Translations under genes and position numbers: made by a program
The notes under the pieces: generated by a model
What the model was told of the DNA's origin: nothing
Database searches by the model: none
The model's input: the letters and a program-made list of their open reading frames with translations, nothing else
In this document: positions 51,836 through 64,000 of the stretch, piece by piece
Layout of the letters: each line of letters opens with the position of its first letter
How positions within the stretch are numbered: position 1 is the stretch's first letter
NCBI RefSeq assembly: GCF_006345805.1
Contig: NC_042998.1
Span: forward strand, 137,206,001-137,270,000
From: Octopus sinensis
Taxonomy: Eukaryota
Reading direction: 5' to 3'
Length of the DNA: 64,000 bases

Positions 51836-54685
51836 ATTACATACAGCTTTCCATTTCACTCATTTCTAAAATCAAACATATATATAAGGCAGAATCATTA
51901 GAGCGCCAGACAAAATGCTTTACAGTATTTCTTCTGGTGCTTTGCGTTTTAAGTACACAAGTCCCACCGAAGTCAACGTTTTTTTTTTTTTTCATGCTCT
52001 CAGGAAAGATAAAATAAAGTACGGTCAAATACAGAGGTGACGACTAATCCCTCCCTCAAATTCGCTGGTCTTGCGCCTAAATATGTTTATGTGTGTGTGC
52101 GTGAGAGAGAGAGAGAGAGAGAAAAAAAATTTATCTTTTATATTATATTACACACACACACCTTAAATCGTTTTAGACTGTAGATTACGGCCATCCCTAC
52201 TATTTAATATAAGTCTGGGTTTTTTTTATCTCATCGTTAAGTTACGACACACGTGCACACAAACACACGTCTATATATGTGTGTGTGTGTGTGTATCTCC
52301 AGTGATTTAAAGATATGTATATTTCTTCGTGCTTATAGTGCACTGCCACACACAATATACATTTTGAGAAGAATGTATTATCACTGCTATTTCGGTAAGT
52401 AAACTATGAATGGAGTGTCTCTCGTCTGGCATCATATTTGAGACCAGTTAGTTACAAGAGAATCAGTAAAATAAAAATAGTCGGTCACTACCCTCGTAAT
52501 TAATGTTATAATTGAATCAAAAATTAAGTCTACAATGGCGAGTGCAGCAGCAACAACAGCAACCAAAAGCGTCTGCTGACGGACACAGCAGAAATCAATT
52601 TAGTTCAGTGGGACCTCACATTATGTATTTCTGTGTGTATTATCTTCAATGTCAAGGCTAAAAATTCTCACGTTCACCAACACGTGACGCCCCTGACAGT
52701 GATCTCCCTTGCTTTTGTTTACTGCTATTTTGGGCGACCAACTTCGTGCACACACACACAACTCTAACAACATCCTCTACAACACCACCGAATATGTCAC
52801 AAGCACCGAGAGTGTGCCTTTACCCTTTTCACTTTATCTCACTATTGCCAATCTATTTCTTTTTGTCTTCCATCTCCTTATCCTGTGTAAAGTTATTTCC
52901 AAATTTGCTAATCTATTATATTTTCAAAACAAAGCTCATTTAGCTGTTACTCCGCATACTTTTGCTTTTGTCTCAATGTTCAATCCCGTATTTATCTTGA
53001 GAGAAACAAAAAAAAATCCATGGTTTGATGCTATCGCTCTATGGCTATATAACGATCTGAAATCTTTTTAAATTCAAATGTTGTTTCCTTATTAACAATA
53101 CCGATTTCTTTTACAAGATTATAACGTCGATTAGCGTTAGAAAATGGGTAGGGTAAATTGAAACGAACAAATGTTATTGAGGTTGATATTGATTTCCATT
53201 CGAAAATATACAATATTATGTACAAGATCGAGGAATTGTTAAAATCTGTTGAGTCGAGAGGGCATTTTATTTTTATTGTTCATCTGTATTTTACTACTAC
53301 GATTATTATATTATTATCAAGAGTTCGTTTTTATCGAAAAAATTTAAGACATTAAATCGAAATAATTATTAATCGACTTTAATAAATATTAAACTGTATA
53401 AATTCATAATTTATCAAAATTTCTATCAAAGATACTATATTGAACGAAATTTTGTCTTTTATCATAGGTGAAAAATATTTGTATTTAAATCTATGTAGTT
53501 TTTGTGAACATGTCTCGCCACAGAACCTTCCAACTCCTACAGTTATAAAATTGATCATAGTACAAATGATGATAATAAAAATATTTAAGTCAACATAAGT
53601 TACTAGGAATTTTTTATAATCGTTTAGTTTTTTGTCCGTGTTATTTTATTTACTAATTTAGTTTATTCTCAAGGGTGCAGTATTTTTAATTCTCAACAAT
53701 GTACAGGAGGTATCTATCACCAATAGTTCAACAATGTTTATTAAGGTGGCCAAAGAAAACCTCGACTTTCAGAGAGATGAAATGAGGGAAGTTATGATTA
53801 AATTTTATTCATTTATTTACTTTCGTAAACAAACTGGATTAACTCTGCAAGGAGTTTACTCCTGCAACAAGTTGTTTTATATACGAACGTGCAAACTGAA
53901 GTTTTAATGTGAGGCAAGTGCAAGGTCCTCGCGAAATAAATCTAGCATATTTCTTTTGAAATTGATATACTATTTATCAATATAAAAAGAGGGAAGTTCT
54001 GCATATGTCAGTGCACAAGGAATAAAGGATATTATATTAATTTTTTTATTATTTGGGAATGCTCATAGTTGCATTAATTTTAGTTTAATATCGGGAATTA
54101 AAGGGTGTTTTGGCTGTTCCGAAACTTACTATAAGGCCGTACTTTGGGCTCCATTATTTATACCAATATTCCCTGTTATAGTGTACAACTAGGGGAATGT
54201 ATATATCCTTTTTGCTCATTTTTATTATTGTCAATTTAAAATAAAAGATGAGAACAGAGTCATAAAAATAAATGACAAAAATAGTTGCAAAATACTTTCT
54301 CAGATTTTCTGTTAACTTAATGGATGCGATACACTAAGGCAGTTATTTCAACTTATATCAAAACATCTGTTTATAGGATTTAAAAAATGCTTTGCATATA
54401 AAACACTTTCTGTATCTCGTTTAATGCTTCTGCAAACAATTTAGATTTAAACTAAATGAGATATTGTGTATAAACATAATTGTAAAGTTAAATAGTAGCA
54501 GCAGTAAGTATGATTTTGGCAATGTCAATTGGTGGGGGAAGAAAAATTCAGTTACGTTGACAAAATAAAAAAGACCTACGCCCTCATTATGCGTTAAAAT
54601 CGCTTAAATACAAAAACAACAAAAAGTAGGCTATGCTTTCGTTTCTATTATTCTTTGTACGATGAAAATCAGGATTTGAGCTTAC

Positions 54686-54818
54686 TGAACGTTGATCTAG
54701 AAGTTCGTTCTGTTGCACAAGAACTGTTTATATCGGTCGAACACGTGACGTTTTCTGCCACGTGAACACAAAGAATGTGTTGAAGTAGTTCTCGATTGTA
54801 GGTCACATGATTTCTCAT
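54686..54818 (-). CDS. Candidate first coding exon of an unidentified minus-strand gene
   Basis: ATG at 54818, open to donor GTAAGC (MRNHVTYNRELLQHILCVHVAENVTCSTDINSSCATERTSRSTF); lies in the CpG island. Confidence 0.25.
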
Positions 54819-56069
54819 GCTAACTGCTAAAGGGCAACAATTCTTTTTAACTTCACTGAATTTCTGTCGACTGTTGCTAAAAATTCATCGACTGCTGATA
54901 ATAATGACTGGCCATTTTCTCATGTTTGACCGATAATTTGATTAATCACTTCCCTTGTACATTTGTGCCTTTTAATAACGCACACTTTCACTTACACGTG
55001 TGTGCAGTACAACCGCCCACGCGTTTAGTGTTTATTATGCAATGCAGCTGGTTATTAAGGTTGTAAATCCTTTTTGTTTTGCGCTGAAATTTTTTATTAA
55101 AGAAAAATGAAATTTTAGTCATAAGCTCATAAACCATATTCAGACACAGCTTTTGCCTGAATTTAGTTTTTAAAATATCTTAACTGATTTTAAATTGCAT
55201 ACACATTTATAAAAATCCATTTAGTTTACAACACCCCCACTTGTCAGTGTAGTTGGGAGATGACAGATGCAACACTGGGATTTACTTATTTTTACCTTTT
55301 TTATAGATTACTAGTGTGAGCAGGGTCAAGTTTTCACTTTCAATTACTTCTAAGCCTATTGAATACACCCCAGTATAATATAATATAATAAATGCTAAAA
55401 TTATTTATAGATACTTCATTTTCAATAGATTTTTTTTTTCAGTAAATTTATATAGACATTAAATTTTATATAAATATTAATATATTCACATAAATAGAAG
55501 TTTTATGTAATTTATTTAAATACAGAATTTATATATTTCTTTTTTCTATAGCTTGCTTTGATAACTATCTATTCACTTTCACAAAAAGTTATTTTCACGT
55601 GTTTAACATCTTCCAAACCAGTCTTTGTAATAGACATTTAAATTTAACATACACTTGATTGTCGGAAGAAAAAAAATAACGTCGCGTGATATATAAATAG
55701 AATTCTGCAATTGTATTCGTTATATAACCTATATTTGAATTTTAATATGCAGCATGTATACGGTTTTGTTATTGCATTCATAAGAAAGTTATTTTAAATA
55801 CGAAAACTGTGACTTGATCGAAGTATCGAAGCAGAAAAGAAATCTTTTGTAGTATTTCTTCATATCCATGTTCAAATTCTTGGATCGATAAAATATTGTA
55901 GTAGTCAAGTACTGGATGATTTAATTGACTGCTGATTTGCGCCAATATGCAGTCAGTTGGCTAGTATTGTACAGCAGAACCTAAATCTCTGCTCGATCGT
56001 AGGGCGTTGATGGTAGCTGAATTGACACATTGGTTGGAGAGATACGGTTGGCTCATCAATATTATCTAA

Positions 56070-56265
56070 CACCTACCGTGTCGGGCAAAATGCTTACCAG
56101 CATTTCGTATGTCTTAACGTTCTAAGTTCACATTCCACCGAGGTCGACTTTGCCATCCCTTTCGGGGTTGATAAAATAAGTATCAATTGATGATGGGGTT
56201 GATGTAATAGACTTACCCCTCCTCCGAACTTGCTAGCCTTGTACCAAAATTTGAAACCAATATTA
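56070..56265 (+). mobile_element. Meta/MESC-like SINE
   Basis: GGGCAAAATGCTTACC..CCGAGGTCGACTTTGCC..TTTCGGGGTTGATAAAATAAGTA. Confidence 0.75.
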
Positions 56266-58618
56266 TCTAATTGCATCACGTTCTATTATTGTAGAATATA
56301 GCATACTTACTATTGTTTACTCCTTCATAAATATTTTTTTTCTTTTTCTAAAAGTAAACCCCATTAAAAAGGAATAAAACAAAAAGAAAAGGTCGTGCAT
56401 TTTAACTATATTTTTGCTGTTTTCACACCAGACAATGGTTTTTAAAAAATTGAAGTTTTTAATCCCAGGGTTCAGTTGCAATCAACTTTATTTGCACTAC
56501 TTGAGATTATAAATGGAGCCTGTAAAGAAATACACAAACTATAATGAATCATTCAAAACTATAAACAACCTGTGTAACTTTAGCCATATATAGTTTTTCT
56601 TTTTCTTTGAAAGCTCAATATCTTATCACATTTATAGCTCATGTCTTAAAGTAAAAATTGGTGCAGAGATAATTTGTACATGAAATATACCAAGCAACAA
56701 TGTAATTTACTAAACATGAAGCAGACAGGCTGCTTTCTAACCATATTGTTTTGAGTTTAGTCCCTCTGCATGGCACCTTGGACAAATATCTTCTAGTGAG
56801 TGATTTGATGGATGAAAGCTGTAAGAAGCTCACCATATATAAGTTGTGTGTGTAAGTGTCTCCTTGTTTGGACATTGTGTAATAGTTTTAAATGAGCATC
56901 ATCATCATACAATTGGTGTCCATCGTTTCCAATCTTCTATGAAGAAGTCTGCCTGTAGGAAAATATTACTTTACTCAGAAACAGATGAGGGCTGGTGACA
57001 AGAAGGGCATCTGACCATTGAAAATCTGCCTCATCAAATTCCATTTCTCACATACAAGCATGGAAAAGTGGACAAAGATGATGAAAGGAAAGTTAAATGC
57101 CTTGCCTAAAGAAATAGTGCAGTGTTCTATTAAGAAATACAATCTGAAAGCAGTAGTCTATTGTATAATTCAACAGCAACAGCAGCACAATAATAAGCGT
57201 TTAACAGAAAAGTGAATAAGAAATAAAATAAGGAAGGCGAGTTAGACGTTTGAACACACTATATAAATCACTACAAGGTTTTTCTATCTCTGGTAAAATA
57301 TCAGAGGTCACATAAATAAGATACTGTTCTCTGGACCATATTTTGGGTTTGCATCACAGTGCAAGTATTACATTGGGTCCTTTGCTATTTGCATTGTACT
57401 TTACTTCTAATTAATACTATAATTATGTACATATTATTAATGACTTCAATGTTGCTGGCAATGCATATTATAGATTTAATCTATTTTATCATTGAGAAAA
57501 AGAGATCATCAGATGGCTGATGAGCGCTTAAGGCAAAGTTATTCAACACATATGAATGCATTGGTAATGTGTGTCACACAAACAGACTGACAGCTGACAA
57601 GAAGTTTTGTAATTTATAATGTTAACCTTTGAAATGTTGTGCTGCATATGGAAGAATAATGAGATTATGTATGTACTACACAGTTTTGATTTCAAATGCA
57701 GCAAAGGTGGATAAATTTTGTTGACATCATGTTAATTTAGTCTTTTCCATCTCTTTTCGAAAGAAGACTTCAGGTTTCATTAAAGGCATCAATGTTGATT
57801 ATGAATAAGCAACAACTTTTAAATTCATTGCATTACAACTTTATCATATAAATCTGTGGTATATAATGTATTTATTTTTATTAGAAATGATTAGACAGTT
57901 AAAGATTGTAATTCAAACTTTGCTACGTGTATTGCATTGTGGTTGTCATCCTGTTATATTATTTCACTGCCACCCCATCTTCTTAGTCATCTAAATTGTT
58001 TGTATTATACGATTGTCTTTAATCTGCTTCCCTCCTTATGCTTTTAATCATTTAATACTTTAATTCTAAACTGACTATGATGTTTACACTATTTCAGCTA
58101 ACTGTATATTTCTTTAAAAGATGTGTCAGTGACTTTTAAAGTGACCTTTTAATTTCATATGTGATACACAGTTGGGAATAGAGATGAAATTTCCTCATCT
58201 TTTCCCTTGGGTAGGCAGCTAGCCAATTGCTGCTAAACTTTTCATAAAGCAAGCAAATGATGTTAAAGTGCCTGTCCTAATAATACAGGGCAACAACTAT
58301 AGTAGAGTACAGATGCCTGATTCTATGTGTAAAATATCATTTGTACATTCATGTACAAACAGTTTTTGTTGCATAGTCTTAGAAACATGATACATGAACT
58401 AAATATGTATTTTATTTTTCACAGACATTTAACAAATATCTTGCAATTTGAAGTAAGAAGTAGAAAAATTTCCCTTTTGTGCCTCCCATAATTAAAATGC
58501 TCAGCAGTTTTATTCTTGTCATGAAATAAATTTTACATTGGAAGTAGATATATATATTTAATTCTTGAGGCTTGTAAAATTCCTCAGGTAATTTCTTAAA
58601 TTAAGAGACTTCATTTAC

Positions 58619-58678
58619 TGACGCCACATCTCTTTAGCCATAAGGTTTCTCCTTCATCATTTAACATTAGCAACTGAC
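58619..58678 (-). CDS. Candidate internal exon of an unidentified host gene
   Basis: Acceptor GTATTTGATACAG, donor GTAAAT, 60 bp in phase 1-1 (GQLLMLNDEGETLWLKRCGVS); could splice to a terminal exon at 56497-56519 behind acceptor GTATTTCTTTACAG. Confidence 0.3.
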
Positions 58679-60241
58679 CTGTATCAAATACGATGAACTA
58701 TTTTTGTGAGCTCATCTGTATATATGTATATTTATGTAGTTGAGATGCCAATGGCTTACATAACATAATTAAACACAGGACATTGACAGGAATTAAATAG
58801 ATGAGTATTTGGAGCAGATACATTTGACATTTTGAAAATAGAAGATTCAAAAAGTAATAAAAATAAAAATGGAAATAAGTTTATGTGTAGTTGTTTGAAC
58901 TTGTTTGAGAAAGATGAAAACTGGTAGAATAAGCTGAAAGAAAATAGTTTTTGGTAATGTTATGAGTGGCACATAATTTCCTTCCTGGTCTCTATGCATT
59001 TATGATGAAGCTCGGTATAGCATTGTTTTTTTTTTCTTTCTCTCAAACTAACTAGAGTCAGATAGTAAGATAGAACACAGTAAGATGGGGAAAATGAAGC
59101 CGTGGAAACTATGTGTTTGAATATAAATAGATCAACGCAGACAATCTTATAAATACACATGAAATTCAACAGAAACTGTTTACTAATTATAAATATGAGC
59201 GCAATTTGCCACTGCATATTACTTGTTTCTTTCAGCTGATTTTTCACAAACACATTGATATAAGACCATATTTTGACTCATGTTTTTTTTTTTGGGGGGG
59301 GGGTCTATATAATGTCTTTATTAAATGGTTTCTGGAACTTTCTGAGTGTTCTAAATGATATTGATTATAAATTCTTTCCTTCAATGTTTCTGAAAAAGAA
59401 AAAAAGGAAGGGGAAGTGTCACATGTGAGAAAGAAAAAACGTGACACAAGTTCACCTCTGTCCAGTGGGTATGTCATTGGTTTAAATATCAAGTGTACAA
59501 ATAAGTCAAGTTTATTTGCAACAATCGATTGAATTTCTAAGCAAATTTAAACTTTGACTAATCCTCTTTAACTATTTCTATAAGAGAACAATCAACTTCC
59601 TGAGATGAAACAGCATATCTTATTGTCTTATTTGTTTTTCTCTCTCTGCTTTTTTTTTTTATGATAAATAAAATTTCTTGTAGAAATATAAGGAGAGTCT
59701 TATTCAACCCTAAGCATACAAGAACTGTAATAAAATAAATAAAATAAAGGAAACAGAAAAAATAAAAATAGCCAAAGCAGGAAACAGTATTTATTGTTAG
59801 ATGACTTAGATGTTTGCTTTGCATCTCACCTGTAAATATGCTATTTACCAATGTGAGCAGTTGCATTGGTTACCTGTCAGTCTAATAATTTGTATAAACA
59901 AAGAACAAACTAAATATCAATACAATAAACGTGATCTAAATTGCTACACAACCTTGGGGAAAATTAATCAAAAACCTGAATGTCACACAAACTCATTTCC
60001 CCTCTATTTCATTTAAATCTTACCACTGATCAAATAGCAAATATCCATTGGCATTTGGCTTGTTGATGTCAAATTATAAAAGTTTTTTTATTTGTTTTTT
60101 TTTTATTAGTTGTAGGCTCCTCTTGAGATTGTGGTAGATTAATTTCCTAACCAAGAATAGAATATATTTCTATCCATGTTACATTTTTGATACCACCCCA
60201 CGTGAAGCTGCCTTAGGTTCTTTGATACAAACTTATTTGAA

Positions 60242-60459
60242 CCCTTTAGCATTCAGATTACTCTGCCAAATATAATACTTATCTATTCACATTGTTTTGA
60301 ACTAATCATGCATTATCTTGTAACTTTGAGATTTTGATTATGTGACTTTATTTTTAGAATGTTATTGTAGTGTAGGTGAGTGAGGCCAGGTCTGGCTGGT
60401 TTGAACATAAAACAGATAGACTATTGCAGCCTGATGTAGCCAGTTTAAATGCTAAAGAG
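60242..60459. mobile_element. piggyBac-type MITE
   Basis: TIRs CCCTTTAGCATT and AATGCTAAAGAG, TTAA on the right and a mutated TGAA on the left. Confidence 0.7.
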
Positions 60460-61725
60460 TTAAAGTGATCTAAGTTAAGACCTCAGGATCCACTGAAACA
60501 GGTAACTCTTGACATTGGCTAATGAAGGTTAGGTTTCACCATTTAGTTTGTGGAGATTCAGCAATACAGTCTTATACAAAAATGGGATATATATTTACTT
60601 CTTTGTATCTACAAACGCAGCTAACTCTTGATATTGGCTAAGGAAGTGTAGGTTCTACCATTTAGTTTGTTGAGGACAGTCTTATACAAAGGACATGTTA
60701 GAGTGAGAAAGAAAATATGGACAGGAGATCACTTGGCTCATCTGATGTTAATTGCAGAAATCAGTGAACATCAATGTCTTAAACACACACTGTGACCCTG
60801 AGATCTCATCATGCTGGAATTCCATCTGTTTGAGAGGTTTATTTGTCCAACCATTGTCAACATGGAACATGGATTTTAAATAATGATGATGATTCTAATG
60901 CATTGACTGAATCAGATTTCTGAACATAGTTACAATCTGTTTGTAGATTGTAAGCAGTTAACCCACATGTGAGTTAATATTTACCTCTAAGTGTCAGTTT
61001 ACCTGTTAAACTATATAGATATAACACTTACATCATGGGAAAGTTCTTTTAACTGTTAAAATCATGCAAAATCTTATATAGACATTTAGAAATAGAACTC
61101 AAAACATACAGAAGAGTTTCTTTATTAGTATGATTAATGTCCATTTTTCAAGGCTGGCATGGATTAGACAGGAAGTTATTTGAAGCAGAATCTCATGGCT
61201 GGATGCTCTTCTTGTTGCCAACACTTACGTATTTTTCAAGGAAGGGTTTTAGTTTTTATTCCAGAAGATTTTTAAAATGTAGAGTGACTAGTTATAATCT
61301 TTTCTACTATAAGTACAAGACCTGAAATTTTGAGAGAAGACTTGTCAATTACATCAACTCCAGTGCTCAAATGGTAATTATTTTATCAACTCTGAAATGA
61401 TGAAAGGTAATGCTGACCCCAGTGGAATTTAAACTCAGAATGTAAAGTAGTAACAAGCATGGAATATTAACATTCATTAAAGCAGAATTATTAGCATATT
61501 GAGGCAAAATGCTTAGCAGCATTTCATCCATATTATTATAATAATTATTAATTAGCTTAAATTTGACATCCTCAGTTGATATGATTTCCTTGAGTAATGA
61601 GAAATAATAAGTTGAAAAAAATTACTGTAATCACCCATGCATTTACATTAAAGAATAACTGAATAAGCAAGCTTTTGATATCTTTAAAATACCAAGATTT
61701 TTTATCATTTTTTTCCAATCAACAG

Positions 61726-61809
61726 AAGCACTCATATCTGTCACAAAGAAGCGTTGATCACTTATTTGAAGATTTGTATTCTCTGACTGCTTCAATATTA
61801 AACAAATAG
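61726..61809 (+). CDS. Candidate terminal exon (alternative to the minus-strand gene model)
   Basis: Strong acceptor TCATTTTTTTCCAATCAACAG; KHSYLSQRSVDHLFEDLYSLTASILNK then stop. Confidence 0.2.
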   Translation, partial: KHSYLSQRSVDHLFEDLYSLTASILNK

Positions 61810-63469
61810 GTATCCTCAGCTGTTGCAGGTCTCTGTTGTAAATATTCTCAGGAAAATATAAACAAAAGTTTTTGGCCATTCTGTAGTAATCAACACTTCA
61901 GCTAATAAATGAAAATAAAACTAATTCAATTCCTCTCCCCATGAAGTACATCTGTGCATAAATATTCTCTTGTCTTTTCCACCTGTTCCAATTATGCTTC
62001 AGTTGGCATAAAATTTTTCTTTTACTCATTTCTTTTGTAAATTATTCTTCATTTTGACATGGCAGCTGTCCATTAATTGAAGCAAGTTTTTTCCTCTCTT
62101 TTTATTATATTTTATTTTATAAATTCTGACACATTTCCACTATCTTAACTCAAACTTTCTCTTATGATTTCCATCTTCATTAACAAGTATTGATTTTTAC
62201 AAATGGTTGCAGATCTAAAATTACATTGCCTTGATCTACCAGGATTTTTATTCAAAGTGATCCTCTCTTAGACAAACTATCTTAACGACAGTTTGAAAGT
62301 ACAAGTCTACACTCCCCCATTCCACACCACCACTTATGGTCTTACAGTATGCTTGTTCACCATCTCAAGTATATTTTATGTATACTGAATACACCAGTTT
62401 TTAAACCAGTCTTGTTTTCTCCTGGGTGCTAACAAGAGTCCCTGCCAAGCTGGCCTAGTGGAGATGCTACTTTAGTCACCAACGAACTGGCATACACACA
62501 CATGCACGCGTGCACAGACACACGTAAAGTTGGCATTTGGAAAGGTATGCAGCTGTGGAAACCATGCAAAAGTGGACAATGGAGTTCAATGCAGTCCTCC
62601 TGCTCATTGGATCCTGTCAAACTGTCCCAACCAAACTAGTATAGAAAATAAACATTAAATGATGATGATATACATACAGACATACAAGGATGTAAACACA
62701 CTAACACCAGTTGTCAAGCAGTGGTGGGAGCAAACACATACACAAAGACACGCACACATATATATATATATATATATATAAAATATTATTAGAGGCAAAA
62801 CAACTATTTTGCAAAACAAACAAGGAAAGACTTAATCAATACATAAAATTTTAATAAATAGTCAAAAAATTTAATCCTAAATCTGATTTTTTCCCTGTAA
62901 ATTTGGATTTATTCCCTAATATTTATTATTATATATATATATATATATATATATGACCTTTCAGCTTCCATCTACGAAAGCCACTCACAAGGCTTTGGCC
63001 AGCCCGAGGCTACAGTAGAAGACACTTGACCAAGGTGCCATGCAGTGAGACTGAACCCAGAAACATGTAGTTGGGAAGCAAACTTCTTACCACACAGCTA
63101 CGCCTGTGTGTTTGTCTTCCATACTAGCTTGAGCTGGACAGTTTGACAAGATCCAACAGGTGAATGGACCATTTCGTGCTCCAGCTGCTTTATAGTTGCT
63201 TCCACAGCTGGATGCTCTTCCTAAAGCCAACTGCTTTGCAGAGTATACTGGGTGCATTGTAAAACATTCAGTAGACTGTGTAAAGTCATTGGAATGCAGC
63301 CATACTGGAACACTATCAAAACAAATCAACTCCTGTATTTATTTTAAGTCTGGTGCTTATCAGTTACTTTTTCATGGGCTGCTAAGATAAGACATAAACA
63401 AACCAACATGAGTTGCCATACTGTGGAAGGACAAACACAAAGACATACACACTTACTTTATATATATAT

Positions 63470-63697
63470 ACATCATCATCATCATCGTTTAACGTCCGTT
63501 TTCTGTGCTAGCACGGGTTGGACGGTTCGACCAGGGTCTGGGAAGCCAGGAGGCTGCACCAGGCTTCAGTCTGATCTGGCAGTGTTTCTACAGCTGGATG
63601 CCCTTCCTAATGCCAACCACTCCGTGAGTGTAATGGGTGCTTTTTACGTGCCACCGGCACAGAAGCCAGTCAAGGCGGCACTGGCATCGAGGCAGCG
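63470..63697 (-). mobile_element. Young RTE 3'-UTR-derived short element
   Basis: (CAT)n then CGTTTAACGTCCGTTTT..CTGGATGCCCTTCCTAATGCCAACCAC; related copies near 41300, 47325, 56870, 61130, 62540 and 63100. Confidence 0.8.

Positions 63698-64000
<303 letters not shown>

Larger units (their letters stand above)
51750..56350. promoter_or_regulatory. CpG-retaining island between two CpG-depleted domains; probable promoter region
   Basis: CpG is several-fold more frequent than in the flanks; E-boxes CACGTGAC near 52681 and 54748, CACGTG near 54758, YY1-like AATGGCG near 52533; minus-strand donors GTAAGT (54995) and GTAAGC (54685). Confidence 0.5.

Noticed and set aside
52339-52394. Plus-strand 56-bp segment with good acceptor and GTAAGT donor
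   Set aside because: Could not be linked to any neighbouring exon and two frames are equally open; left unassigned.
57518-57545. CTGATGA motif (also near 27725, 38109 and 43007) as further hammerheads
   Set aside because: No downstream GAAA core or complementary stem I.

Overview
Eukaryotic, AT-rich, microsatellite-dense DNA. The SINE, RTE-tail and MITE repeats look like those of coleoid cephalopods, most likely Octopus (inferred by recognition, not by a search). No intact, nameable protein-coding gene was found; most ORFs in the supplied track are microsatellite or antisense artefacts. Bases 1-40,500 are mostly decayed mobile elements: four remnants of restriction-like-endonuclease (RLE) non-LTR retrotransposons (two HERO-like, one R4/Dong/NeSL-like, one CRE-like), RTE-type LINE fragments, a Tx1/L1 3' end, three mariners, a Chapaev3-like transposase remnant, MITEs, Helentron-type HINEs and many tRNA-derived SINEs. 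From about 40,600 there are two strongly CpG-depleted domains (about 40.6-51.7 kb and 56.4-63.4 kb) separated by a CpG-retaining island; this pattern suggests methylated host gene bodies around a promoter region, but their exons could only be proposed tentatively. The best leads are: (1) a tRNA-headed short element carrying a minimal type I hammerhead-ribozyme motif, present as a roughly 490-bp fold-back between 17-bp target-site duplications; (2) a second, different hammerhead-like fold-back with a variant core; (3) a SINE whose 3' tail matches the 3' end of a neighbouring Tx1 LINE; (4) a pre-miRNA-like hairpin.
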